Source of the DNA: Bacteroidetes bacterium RIFCSPLOWO2_12_FULL_37_12
Lineage (GTDB): Bacteria; Bacteroidota; Bacteroidia; 2-12-FULL-37-12
Reading direction: 5' to 3'
Assembly (NCBI GenBank): GCA_001769655.1
Contig: MEPC01000042.1
Location: forward strand, 164,277-228,276
Length of the DNA stretch: 64,000 nucleotides
Part shown: in pieces, positions 48,598 through 58,455 of the stretch
Numbering within the stretch: the stretch's first letter is position 1
How the letters are laid out: each line of letters starts with the position of its first letter
The notes under the pieces: model-generated
Databases searched by the model: none
What the model was told of the DNA's origin: nothing
The model's input: the letters and a program-made list of their open reading frames with translations, nothing else
Program-made: the position numbers and the translations under genes

Positions 48598-48881
48598 TTC
48601 GGAATTTTTACTTTTCTCAGTTTTGAAACATCCGGATTTTTCCCACGCATCAAATCTCTGCTGTATTTCCTAAACTCATCAATCGTAAATTCATACCCTT
48701 CTTCACTTTTTAACGAACTCTCAAGCATTTTCCGGTTTGCGGGACTTGCAAGAAGATATTCCGTTTCATCCATATCCTCCTCAACTATGATAGAAATAGG
48801 TTTGTTTTTAAAAATCGTTCTTAGCCCTTTCAGAAAACTATCGTCAAGTGCACTGGCTTTAGTATGAAATTCTGAGTACAT
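48594..48881 (-). CDS. Cognate antitoxin with a YefM-like C-terminal neutralising segment
   Basis: ETEYLLASPANRKML motif; 4-bp overlap with the toxin; -7 box at 48896..48903. Confidence 0.8.
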   Translation of the reverse strand: MYSEFHTKASALDDSFLKGLRTIFKNKPISIIVEEDMDETEYLLASPANRKMLESSLKSEEGYEFTIDEFRKYSRDLMRGKNPDVSKLRKVKIPK

Positions 48882-48976
48882 AAAATATTTTCTTACAAAG
48901 GTACAAAAAATTCAGTTACTGTCAATTTTGTTTACAAATACATTAAACTTGTAAGCGTTTTTAAAACCTCAAAATC

Positions 48977-49087
48977 GTGGACAATACAAAAATTAAAGAA
49001 ATTGTAAAGGAAAAGTACAGTGAAATTGCTAACCAAACGAAGGAACACAATCAATCTTCCTGCTGTGGTGCAGGAAGTTGCTCATAG
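48977..49087 (+). pseudogene. arsM: N-terminal fragment of arsenite methyltransferase ArsM (36 aa; not in the ORF track)
   Basis: GTG start; translates as MDNTKIKEIVKEKYSEIANQTKEHNQSSCCGAGSCS*, matching the recalled ArsM N-terminus (VKEKYSEIA...SSCCG). Lies 9 bp upstream of arsC. Confidence 0.75.
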
Positions 49088-49096
49088 AATAATGCG

Positions 49097-49531
49097 ATGA
49101 AAAATATTTTAATCCTCTGTACAGGAAATTCCTGCCGAAGTCAGATGGCGGAAGGATATTTTCGTTTCTTCGCAAAAAGTAAAGCAATCATTTACAGTGC
49201 GGGTATTGAAACTCACGGAGTAAATCCAAAAGCCATACAGGTTATGAAAGAAGATGGTATTGATATTTCTTCCCACACTTCCAACCATGTAAATGAATAC
49301 GCTCACATTGATTTTGATTATATCATAACTGTTTGCGATAATGCTAAAGAGAACTGTCCTTACTTTCCATCAAAAGCAAAAAAGTTTCATCAAAACTTTC
49401 CAGACCCTGCCAAAGTAAGAGGAAGCGAAGAAGAAATAGTACAGTCATTCAGAAAAGTAAGGGATATGATCAAAGAATATTCACAAAATTTTATTGAACA
49501 GAATTTAGAAGATATATCAAAAGCAATTTAA
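49097..49531 (+). CDS. arsC: Arsenate reductase ArsC (LMW-PTP fold, thioredoxin-coupled)
   Basis: CTGNSCRSQMAEG, TVCDNAKENCP, F.DP. Confidence 0.93.
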   Translation: MKNILILCTGNSCRSQMAEGYFRFFAKSKAIIYSAGIETHGVNPKAIQVMKEDGIDISSHTSNHVNEYAHIDFDYIITVCDNAKENCPYFPSKAKKFHQNFPDPAKVRGSEEEIVQSFRKVRDMIKEYSQNFIEQNLEDISKAI

Positions 49532-49585
49532 TTTACGAATATTTTATAATATACTGATAGATGGTTAAATGGTTTTGTATAAACA

Positions 49586-51859
49586 CTAAAATTTTAACCT
49601 GAAACCTAAATACCACTCACGTCCTTTGGTGGGTCCCCATGCTGAGGAAGTGTCGAAGTAGGGGCCATATGGATTTTCCCAACTGATAATTGGTTTTTCC
49701 TGTCTGAAATTAAAAATATTCTCACATCCCAAATACCCTTCAAAATAATTCCAACTTCTTGTAAATTGTAAATTACTAACATAGTACGGTTCAGAGTGGT
49801 CCGGTCTTCGGAAGATTTCCGGATTCTGAGAAGTATTGGGTAATTTCTGTTCACCGTACCAGTGAATGTTTCCATCCAGGTGCCACTTCTCGTTGGTTGG
49901 TTTATAGGAAATTGTAAGTAGAATTCTTCCGGAAGGATTAAAAGTTAATGGCACTTTTTTAGTATACTTGATACGGTAAACATCCAGAAAAATATAAGCC
50001 ATCTTAAATGATAATACGTTGTGAAATTTTGTCCCGGCTTCCGCCTGAAACCCATTTGAATTTGAAATACCTTCGAAATTAGTGACGTAAATTTTTCCAG
50101 GAACAGAATCGTAATCGGGAAAAATCTGATTTTGGAATTCAGTTCTGTAAAAATCCAATGATACATTACCGGTGATGTTTCCTTTTTCGTAGTTGTGAGT
50201 AAAATTTACCCCGTAATTGACGGCTGATTCGGCTCGCAACGGTTCCGGAATCACAATATCACGCTGACTCGCAAGCAGGGTTACATTTTCCGAAAAAAGA
50301 TTGACCGTTCTCCAACCGGTACCAGCCGATACCCGTACATTGGTTTTCTCATTGATTTCATACTTCAACAATCCCCGGGGGGTAGTCACGTTTCCGAATT
50401 GCTTGTGATTATCCATTCTAATTCCTGAAATAAATTGAAGGATGTCGCCTTTCCATCGAAAAATATTTTCTGCAAATAAACCGGTGACACTTTCGTCATA
50501 ATCATATATTCCTGCGTACGATTTTCCATAAAAAAATTTTTGAAAAATAATTTCTTCCTTCTGATTTCGTTTTCTTACGCTTATACCTGTTTTTAACTCA
50601 TGTTTTTCACGCCATTTTAATTCATACTGCACCGCAACATAAAAATTTTCCTGATTTCCGGTATAATGAGTTTCTCCGAACCAGGAATTCTGCCGATGAC
50701 TAAACACATTTGAATTAAACGTTATGGCATGCCTGGCATTAAAACGGTAACCGGTTTTCAAATAGATTTCCGGTTGTATAAAATCAACAAATTGACCATA
50801 CACAACTGTATCCCCTTTGTTGTTTTCCGGTTTATAATTTTTTTCTCCGCCTATCCGTTGTTCTTTTAAAAATCTTAATCCAACTAAACCATGAAATCCC
50901 AAACTATCCTTATCATTCAGCATAAATTTATCAAAAACCATATAACGGGTAAGTAATGGAACATCCAGAAAATTATCGTTGTCAGCATCGTATTTTAAAG
51001 CGGGTTGAGATGTATGAAATGCGATGAGATTTCTGATATTTTTATTTTTCTCAGGAATAAATGAATAATTCATATTCAGTTGCTTTTCAAAAAAACTATT
51101 CAAGTAGCCATTCAATAGCAATTTCTCATTCTGAACCGGTTTTTTGGTTTCCACATTGATTTGCCCGGAAATATTTTCATATCCCTGCAACACAGAATTA
51201 GCGCCTTTTGAAACATAAATATTATCAACTAAAGATCCCGGAATACTGCTTACTCCGTAGGTATAGGTTAATCCCTGAATCAAAGGCATTCCATCTATTA
51301 AAATCTGATTATATACTCCTGAAAGTCCAAGAATTCTTAGTTCATGCGCATTGGTAATGATGTTAGTGGTGGTTGGTTCTACGGATGCATTTGTATTAAA
51401 GCAACCTGCTAAGTCGCAACATGCTCCTTTGGCTAATTCCCTTTGTGTAATGATTTCGGTTTTGACCGGTTCTTTTTCCGAAATAAATACATCGGGTCTT
51501 TCAGTAGATATAATCACCTCCTTTAATTGCTTCAACCCTTTTAAATTAAACTCAATAAACTTTTGATTTGTAACAGTGACAGTGTCAGGATAATACCCCA
51601 CAAAACTTGCCACTAATTTTTTTTGCATACTATTACCGGTAGAAATTTCAAAAGCACCTTTTCCATTTGTAGTGGTTCCGGTGTTTGTACCGGACCAGTA
51701 AACCGAAGCGCCTGGTAATATTTCTTTAACAGTTTTCCCTGATTTTTCTACAAGACCATACACTTTTCCTTCCAAGGTCTGCGAGTGGGAAATAGTGAAT
51801 GACATTAATAAAATTAATATTGGCGAGATAAAAAAATGTACTAAGTGGTTTATGCTCAT
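49586..51859 (-). CDS. TonB-dependent receptor with a Cys-rich plug
   Basis: N-terminal CarbopepD_reg-like domain, plug GACCDLAGCF...SKGANSV..GYE..SG.INV, C-terminal GREWYLGFRLKF. Confidence 0.93.
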   Translation of the reverse strand: MSINHLVHFFISPILILLMSFTISHSQTLEGKVYGLVEKSGKTVKEILPGASVYWSGTNTGTTTNGKGAFEISTGNSMQKKLVASFVGYYPDTVTVTNQKFIEFNLKGLKQLKEVIISTERPDVFISEKEPVKTEIITQRELAKGACCDLAGCFNTNASVEPTTTNIITNAHELRILGLSGVYNQILIDGMPLIQGLTYTYGVSSIPGSLVDNIYVSKGANSVLQGYENISGQINVETKKPVQNEKLLLNGYLNSFFEKQLNMNYSFIPEKNKNIRNLIAFHTSQPALKYDADNDNFLDVPLLTRYMVFDKFMLNDKDSLGFHGLVGLRFLKEQRIGGEKNYKPENNKGDTVVYGQFVDFIQPEIYLKTGYRFNARHAITFNSNVFSHRQNSWFGETHYTGNQENFYVAVQYELKWREKHELKTGISVRKRNQKEEIIFQKFFYGKSYAGIYDYDESVTGLFAENIFRWKGDILQFISGIRMDNHKQFGNVTTPRGLLKYEINEKTNVRVSAGTGWRTVNLFSENVTLLASQRDIVIPEPLRAESAVNYGVNFTHNYEKGNITGNVSLDFYRTEFQNQIFPDYDSVPGKIYVTNFEGISNSNGFQAEAGTKFHNVLSFKMAYIFLDVYRIKYTKKVPLTFNPSGRILLTISYKPTNEKWHLDGNIHWYGEQKLPNTSQNPEIFRRPDHSEPYYVSNLQFTRSWNYFEGYLGCENIFNFRQEKPIISWENPYGPYFDTSSAWGPTKGREWYLGFRLKF

Positions 51860-51873
51860 CCTATTACGTCCTT

Positions 51874-54800
51874 TCAGGGCTTAAAAATTTTCTGACTTCT
51901 ACTTATCTGTTTGTTTTTTATCCGTAATTCATAAATACCAGGTTTAAGTTCTGGGAAATCATCCATGGTTATTTTGTTGCTACCGGAAACAAGTGACACT
52001 TGATTTTTTTCATATATCTTTTGTCCCAGCACGTTCAGTAATTCCATATCTATTTTCCCCGGCTCTTTTACTTCGAGCATAATTACCGGTTTATCATTTA
52101 CCGGATTTGGAATAACTGAAATTTTTTGAATCATACCAGAATTTTCATTAATAGAAGTTGGAAAAACAGTTATAAAATCAGGGAATTTTCTGGATATTGA
52201 ACACCCTGACTGGCTGGTGGCATTAAGCGTAATGGTATAGGTTCCGGGTTTTTGATAGGTGTAAACAGGTTCAGTTTTCGAACTAAAAGCGCTATCCCCG
52301 AAATCCCATAAGTACGATTTAATTTGTCCGTTAGAAAAATTTCTGAATTGAATGGGTGTATTCACAGTTGTTTGCCTGGGTTCGGCATTTATATCAAGAA
52401 AAGGTGAAACCAACACCGTAATGTAATCTGATCGTGAATAGGAGGATTCGCCGGATTGCCCATACGCAATTAGTGACACTGAATATTTTCCAGGCGAATT
52501 GTAACTATGGACGGGGGAATGTTCCGTTGAGGATTTGCCGTTACCAAAATCCCAGAAGTATGTTCCTGCATATTCAGTGTAATTATTAAATTTTACTTCA
52601 AAAGGGGAACAGCCCAACGTTGCAGGAGTTGAGAATCGCACGATGGGTTTTGGTGGAATGACTTCAATAAAAAAGGATTTGATTTCTTTAGAAGAACATC
52701 CCAGCCAGTTATAAGCAACCAGTGTGACATCATATAATCCAAGATTGGAATACTTATGAGAGGGGTCTTTCAATGGACTTGAATAACCATCTCCAAAATC
52801 CCAGAGAAAGGAAACTCCTTCGGGTGTTTGATTTAAAAAACGAACAGTGTCACCCACAACCGGTTTCAGATTATCCACTGAAAAGTCAGTGGTTGGTCCC
52901 CCACTTACAACAATATATCCGGTTTTTGTTTCGGTATGCGACATGGAATCATTGGCTGAAATCAGAGTGACGGTATAATTACCAGGCAAATAATACGTAT
53001 GTTCCGGTTCAAAATCACCCGAACTGTTCTGGTCTCCGAAATCCCATACATACTTGTCAGAATTCAAACTGTTATTTAGAAATTTCACGTTAAATGGAGC
53101 ACACCCTATTACAGAATTAGTGTGAAAAATAGCAACCGGGTCAATGGGTGGCACCGGCACCACTTCAATTCGGTTCTGAAAAATTTTATTGACCACACAC
53201 CCGAATTCACTGTTTACAGTCAGTATGATAGTTTTAAATCCCAACTGATTATAGGTATGGGTAGGATGTAACATTGTACTTGTGTCACCATCTCCAAAAT
53301 TCCACTCATAAGATCTTCCATCAGTAGTTAGATTAGTAAAGGTTGCCGGCACACCTATAATTGGTTTCAATGGGCTGACATTAAAATTGATAGCTGGACG
53401 GGGATGTGCTATGATATAGGTTTTACGTATTTTATAAACGGTACCTGCTGAATTAGTGGCACCCAGTGTCACTGTGAAAACACCTCCCTGGTTATAAATA
53501 TGAACCGGATTCGTGTTTTCGCTTTTATTTCCATCTCCGAAATCCCATGAAAATTTATCTCCAAACTCCGTCAGGTTTGTAAAATGAATTTCAAGTGGAA
53601 TACAGCCCTCTGTAGTATCAGCTATGAATTCAGGTACCGGATAAGAACCAAAATCAAATTTGAAAATATCATTTAATTTTCCGGAACGCAAGGTAAACGA
53701 TGAATCATATCCCATTCCGAATCCTCCATAAAACCACAGCCCACCAGAGGTATCCACCCATCCAGCCATCTCAGTTCTACAAGATAAACTTGTAGATATT
53801 CGCATGCTATCTTTCACATTATATTTTCCACCTTCGTTGGCGTACAAATTTCCATTTATGAAAGACCATTGCTTTCGTTCAGGATCAAATTTCCACAAGT
53901 CGTTCAGGTAACCGGAATTATATTTACTGTATCCGTATCCACCGAAAAGCCAGATATTATTTCCTTTATCGGTAAGTGTCACTGCGTCTCTTCTTGCGCC
54001 TGGAGATAATGTTGAACTGAATTCACCGGAAGGACCAAAATTTCCAAATTCATTCACTAATTTTTCACCGCGTATCCATGTCCATTGACGAGTCAACGGA
54101 TTAAATTTCCAGAGGTCGTTGAGGTATCCGAAATTTATTTCAGAAAAACCATACCCGCCTAAAAGCCACAAATTATTATCAACATCAAACCAGGTAACAT
54201 GGTCGGCACGGGCACCCGGAATATTTCTGGCATCGGGAGTGTTCAATTGATTATAAATTCCGAATAGATTATTTATATTGATTCCGCTGAACCAAGTCCA
54301 CTTATTATTGTTGAGATTGTAATTCCAAAGATCATTCATAACGGTAGGTATCACTGTTGTCTCCATTCCATAACCACCGAAAGAAATTATCATAGTGTCA
54401 CCAACTATCCATCCTCCAGAATGGTATCTGCCACCGGGCTGATTGGCTGTAGTTGAAATTCCCAGCTTACCATAAGACCCCATTTGATTGGCTTGATTCG
54501 TACCTGCTACCCACATCCATTTGTTTGTAACTACATTGTAACTCCACAAATCATTTAAAAAGTTAGCACTGCTGTAAGGGCTTCCTCCAATGAGAAATAA
54601 ATTCCCGTTATCTGATGTAATTGCTGTTGCACCATAACGTGAACCGGGAGAATTAGTGAGAGACGCAACTCCTTTAGTGCCATAATTTGCTCCTGGATTT
54701 GTTTTTTCGGAACCCCCGATCCATTTCCAACCTTTTGCTAAAATATCATATTCCCAAAGGTCACCTAATCCGCCAGAATTATCTGCTGAAAAACCATAGC

Positions 54801-57621
54801 CACCATATAATAATAATTTATGATGAATAGAATCGTACCAACCGCTGGCATCGCACCTGCCACCCGGATGATTAAGAGGATCTGAAATATTTTTTTTTCC
54901 ATAAATTCCCAAGCCATTATTTTTATGTTTTCCATTGGTGTTAATCCAACTCCAGTTTAAGGAAGTCAAATTATATTTCCATAAATCTTTAAAGTAATTT
55001 GCGAGATAAGGGGTTTCATACCCGTATCCCCCAAAAATCATAAGGTTATTTTGATCTTTCCAGCCACCCATTCCTATTCTACCTGAAGGATTGTTTGTAA
55101 CCGTATCCTGATTTAATGTCCCATAAATGTTTTGTTGATTGCATGCATCGGAACCCTTTAACCAGTACCATCGGTCAGTATTTATTTCAAATTTCCAAAT
55201 ATCATTGAGATAACCTGAACCAAAACGACCATATCCATAGCCACCAAAAATAATCAGATTGCCACTACTATCTGAAATGCCCACTGTATTAGTGCGGCAT
55301 CCAGGCATCATTGGATCACCCACTCCTGAATAAGAGCCAAACTGATTAAGTTTCGTAAATCCTTTTTCGAAAGACCATTGGTTTGTAGATTTATTGTACT
55401 TCCAGAGAATATTCAAATAACCAAGACGTAACGAATCATCGTAGCCGTATCCACCAAATAAATATAGATTTCCATTATTATTTTCAATCAGAACCCCATT
55501 TTTTACACCACCTGGTTTTGCGTTGTCAGAGGGAATTTTGATAGTTCCATAGATTGCCGAAAGATTGATAAGTGGGAGTCCTTTTACTAATGACCATTTA
55601 TTATTGATTGCATCGTACTTCCATAAATCAGATAAAAATCCTGTTTTTGAATCTAAATCGTAACCATATCCTCCATAAAGCCATAAATTTTTATCTGAGT
55701 CGGAATAAATAGTCATTGCATCACTTCTTGCCGAAGGATTTGTGAGAGAATCCAGAATATCTTTTCCTGTAGAATTAATAAATTTATCTCCATTAATCCA
55801 AGTCCAATTACCCGAGACCGGATTATATTTCCAAAGGTCGTTCAGGTAACCTTGATTAATAGAATCATATCCATATCCACCGAAGAGCCAGAAATTTCCA
55901 TTAACATCAGTCCATGCATTGGCATATTTTCTGGCACCTGGAAAATTGGTAGAACTTTCCACTCCTTTTTTACCATATTGGGCTGTAATCTTTGCATAGC
56001 CGTTATTTATCCAAGTCCATTTATCCGTTGAGGGATTATATTTCCAAAAATCATTCAAATAACCAGTCACAGACGAATCATATCCGAATCCTCCAAACAT
56101 GTAGATAAACTGCTGGTTATCTTTCCAGAAAGCACTACCCTGTCTTGCTCCCGGGATGTTAAGGTCGGATTCAATATTTTTTTTGTAATAATGCGAAATG
56201 TTGTAATTATTATTGTCACCGGCTTCCCATATCCATTGATTGGTTGACGGAATATAAGACCAAAGGTCTTTGAGATTATCAACGGGTCCTGAATATTCAT
56301 AGCCGTAACCACCAAACAACCATATTTTATTGTTGACATCTTTCCAAACAGTGGCACTCATACGCGAACCAGGACAATTAGAAGTGTCAGGCAATCCCAT
56401 GGTACCGTATTTTCCATATTTATTTGAAATATCATTCCCATGTAGCCAAGTCCAAAATCCGGTGACAGGATCATATTTCCATAAATCATTCAGATATCCG
56501 GTGCCACTCTTACTATAACCGGTGCCACCAAAAAGAAAAAAACAACCTGAATTATCTTTCCAGAAAGAAGTGTAAATCCTTGACCCAGGATTATTTTCTA
56601 AGGCACCAGTACCTTTTATCCCATAGTTGCCAGCAGAATTAGGAGTACTGTCACCACTCATCCACGTCCATGCTTTGTTATTCAAATCAAATTTCCAAAG
56701 ATCATTCAAACTGCCCAAAGAGGAAGCCGCTCTGCCGGTGCCACCAAAAATATAGAGATTGTTATTATCATCCTGCCAGGTAGCAAACCCATACCGGGAG
56801 CCGGGAAGATTTTCGGGACTTGGTATTCCTTTAATGCCATATTTTCCGGAATGGTCCCCTTCGATGGCTCCACTCTCCCACGACCATAGTCCGCTGGAGA
56901 CATCAAACCTCCATAAATCGCTCAGATAATTTTTTTCACCTTTAAAATCATATCCATTTCCTCCATGAAGCCAAAAGTCACCATTTTTATCAACTGAACC
57001 TGATGCCTGGTCTCTTGCACCCGGGTAAGATGCAGAATCGGGAATGCTCACTTTTCCTTTTTTTCCTGGCATGTTTGGATTTTTCTCTCCATTAATCCAA
57101 ACCCATTGATTAAGCTTAGGTGAATATTTCCATAAATCATTCAATAATCCTGAAGAATTTTCCGAATAACCGGAACCGCCAAATAACCAGAGACAGGAGT
57201 CATTTCCTACCCAGGTAACCGCTTCTTTTCTTGCGCCTGGGTTTGATGAAAATGAAAAACTTCCCTTGTTTCCGTAAATACCTTTTTGATTAGGAATGTT
57301 ATCGCCATTCATCCATGTCCATTGCTTTGTTTGAGGATTAAATGTCCATAGGTCATTCAAGTATCCTGCGCCCGTTGGGTAATTATTGTCTTCACCACCG
57401 AATAGCCATAATAATCCATCGTTCGTAGTCCATGTCATCATATCTTTTCTCGCGCCGGGAGTATTTTCAGGCGCTGGAATATTTTTAGCGCCATAAAAAG
57501 CAGGCTGGTTTAAAAGAGAGTCACCACCCTCCCACATCCATGCGGCAGATTGCGAAAATGCTTCATTATACAGAAGGGGAAAAAGCAAAGAAATCAATGA
57601 AATGCGAATGAAGTTTTTCAT
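51874..57621 (-). CDS. Large Kelch-repeat / PKD / T9SS-CTD surface protein
   Basis: 18 Kelch-like repeats (PGAR...LWLFGG...LNDLWKY), 6 PKD domains (WDFGDG) and a CTD; -7 box at 57662..57669. Confidence 0.9.
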   Translation of the reverse strand: MKNFIRISLISLLFPLLYNEAFSQSAAWMWEGGDSLLNQPAFYGAKNIPAPENTPGARKDMMTWTTNDGLLWLFGGEDNNYPTGAGYLNDLWTFNPQTKQWTWMNGDNIPNQKGIYGNKGSFSFSSNPGARKEAVTWVGNDSCLWLFGGSGYSENSSGLLNDLWKYSPKLNQWVWINGEKNPNMPGKKGKVSIPDSASYPGARDQASGSVDKNGDFWLHGGNGYDFKGEKNYLSDLWRFDVSSGLWSWESGAIEGDHSGKYGIKGIPSPENLPGSRYGFATWQDDNNNLYIFGGTGRAASSLGSLNDLWKFDLNNKAWTWMSGDSTPNSAGNYGIKGTGALENNPGSRIYTSFWKDNSGCFFLFGGTGYSKSGTGYLNDLWKYDPVTGFWTWLHGNDISNKYGKYGTMGLPDTSNCPGSRMSATVWKDVNNKIWLFGGYGYEYSGPVDNLKDLWSYIPSTNQWIWEAGDNNNYNISHYYKKNIESDLNIPGARQGSAFWKDNQQFIYMFGGFGYDSSVTGYLNDFWKYNPSTDKWTWINNGYAKITAQYGKKGVESSTNFPGARKYANAWTDVNGNFWLFGGYGYDSINQGYLNDLWKYNPVSGNWTWINGDKFINSTGKDILDSLTNPSARSDAMTIYSDSDKNLWLYGGYGYDLDSKTGFLSDLWKYDAINNKWSLVKGLPLINLSAIYGTIKIPSDNAKPGGVKNGVLIENNNGNLYLFGGYGYDDSLRLGYLNILWKYNKSTNQWSFEKGFTKLNQFGSYSGVGDPMMPGCRTNTVGISDSSGNLIIFGGYGYGRFGSGYLNDIWKFEINTDRWYWLKGSDACNQQNIYGTLNQDTVTNNPSGRIGMGGWKDQNNLMIFGGYGYETPYLANYFKDLWKYNLTSLNWSWINTNGKHKNNGLGIYGKKNISDPLNHPGGRCDASGWYDSIHHKLLLYGGYGFSADNSGGLGDLWEYDILAKGWKWIGGSEKTNPGANYGTKGVASLTNSPGSRYGATAITSDNGNLFLIGGSPYSSANFLNDLWSYNVVTNKWMWVAGTNQANQMGSYGKLGISTTANQPGGRYHSGGWIVGDTMIISFGGYGMETTVIPTVMNDLWNYNLNNNKWTWFSGININNLFGIYNQLNTPDARNIPGARADHVTWFDVDNNLWLLGGYGFSEINFGYLNDLWKFNPLTRQWTWIRGEKLVNEFGNFGPSGEFSSTLSPGARRDAVTLTDKGNNIWLFGGYGYSKYNSGYLNDLWKFDPERKQWSFINGNLYANEGGKYNVKDSMRISTSLSCRTEMAGWVDTSGGLWFYGGFGMGYDSSFTLRSGKLNDIFKFDFGSYPVPEFIADTTEGCIPLEIHFTNLTEFGDKFSWDFGDGNKSENTNPVHIYNQGGVFTVTLGATNSAGTVYKIRKTYIIAHPRPAINFNVSPLKPIIGVPATFTNLTTDGRSYEWNFGDGDTSTMLHPTHTYNQLGFKTIILTVNSEFGCVVNKIFQNRIEVVPVPPIDPVAIFHTNSVIGCAPFNVKFLNNSLNSDKYVWDFGDQNSSGDFEPEHTYYLPGNYTVTLISANDSMSHTETKTGYIVVSGGPTTDFSVDNLKPVVGDTVRFLNQTPEGVSFLWDFGDGYSSPLKDPSHKYSNLGLYDVTLVAYNWLGCSSKEIKSFFIEVIPPKPIVRFSTPATLGCSPFEVKFNNYTEYAGTYFWDFGNGKSSTEHSPVHSYNSPGKYSVSLIAYGQSGESSYSRSDYITVLVSPFLDINAEPRQTTVNTPIQFRNFSNGQIKSYLWDFGDSAFSSKTEPVYTYQKPGTYTITLNATSQSGCSISRKFPDFITVFPTSINENSGMIQKISVIPNPVNDKPVIMLEVKEPGKIDMELLNVLGQKIYEKNQVSLVSGSNKITMDDFPELKPGIYELRIKNKQISRSQKIFKP

Positions 57622-57775
57622 TGATGCGGGATAACGATGATTAGTATAGGGTAAGGAAAATCAAATATAATACATTAAAATGAAAAATCAAAGTAAAAAG
57701 TTTTTTTTCTTTTGAGCACTTTTAAAATATTTGTAGTTATACTGCAATCGGTATAAATTATGTGTACTTTGGATG

Positions 57776-57863
57776 ATGGTTATATGGTTAAATGGTTAAA
57801 TGGTTATATGGTTATATGGTTATATAGTTATATGGTTATATGGTTATATGGTTATATGGTTAT
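57776..57863. repeat. 11 x 8-bp array (atggttat/atggttaa)
   Basis: Counted directly; a 7-bp NNNggaa run follows at about 57905..57932. Confidence 0.95.
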
Positions 57864-58075
57864 TTAGATATTTACTGAAATATGATCCGTTTACAGCATA
57901 GTTAGTCGGAAGTTGGAAACTGGAAGCTGGAAGTAAAAAGTTATTCACTTTTATTGAATAAACTCCTTTTACTAATTAAGAATCAAAAAGTTACATTGAT
58001 AGATTAATGTATTAGTTGAATGAGAACTCTGAGTTCTGATTGTAAGGCACAAATCTGAGCTTTCCATTTTACTTT

Positions 58076-58360
58076 TCAATCCCAACCCAAGCCCAACATT
58101 CGTTCCATGAATGCCTGGTAGCCCTTATTTCCGGTTTTAAGCCATTTTGAAATACGGGCAATGGTTGCTGAACTAAGTCCTGTGGTGAACTCAATTTCAG
58201 TGTATGGGTTTCTTTTAGAAAGCATTTTGGCGGCTTTCCAGCGATTACTCATTTCGAGTAATTCTTTAGGAGTGAGTAAATCGAAAAGAAATTTTCGCAT
58301 GGTTTCCGGATTATCTTCCAATGAGAGCAACCGGATAAGCTGATCAGTTTCTTTGTTCAT
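58076..58360 (-). CDS. TrpR-like YerC/YecD protein
   Basis: FLFDLLTPKE...RW.AA.ML...Y.EI...TGLSSATIARIS..L..G..GY. Confidence 0.9.
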   Translation of the reverse strand: MNKETDQLIRLLSLEDNPETMRKFLFDLLTPKELLEMSNRWKAAKMLSKRNPYTEIEFTTGLSSATIARISKWLKTGNKGYQAFMERMLGLGWD

Positions 58361-58455
58361 AGAAAAGAATCATAAGAATTGTTAAATAATTAATAATTTA
58401 GGCGATTAAATCCCCGCACAAAGGTAATACTTTAAATCGTTAAATTCAAATTCAG

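Noticed and set aside
40050-51859. Bounded mobile element carrying the respiratory/ars module
   Set aside because: No integrase, transposase or flanking direct repeats were identified by eye.
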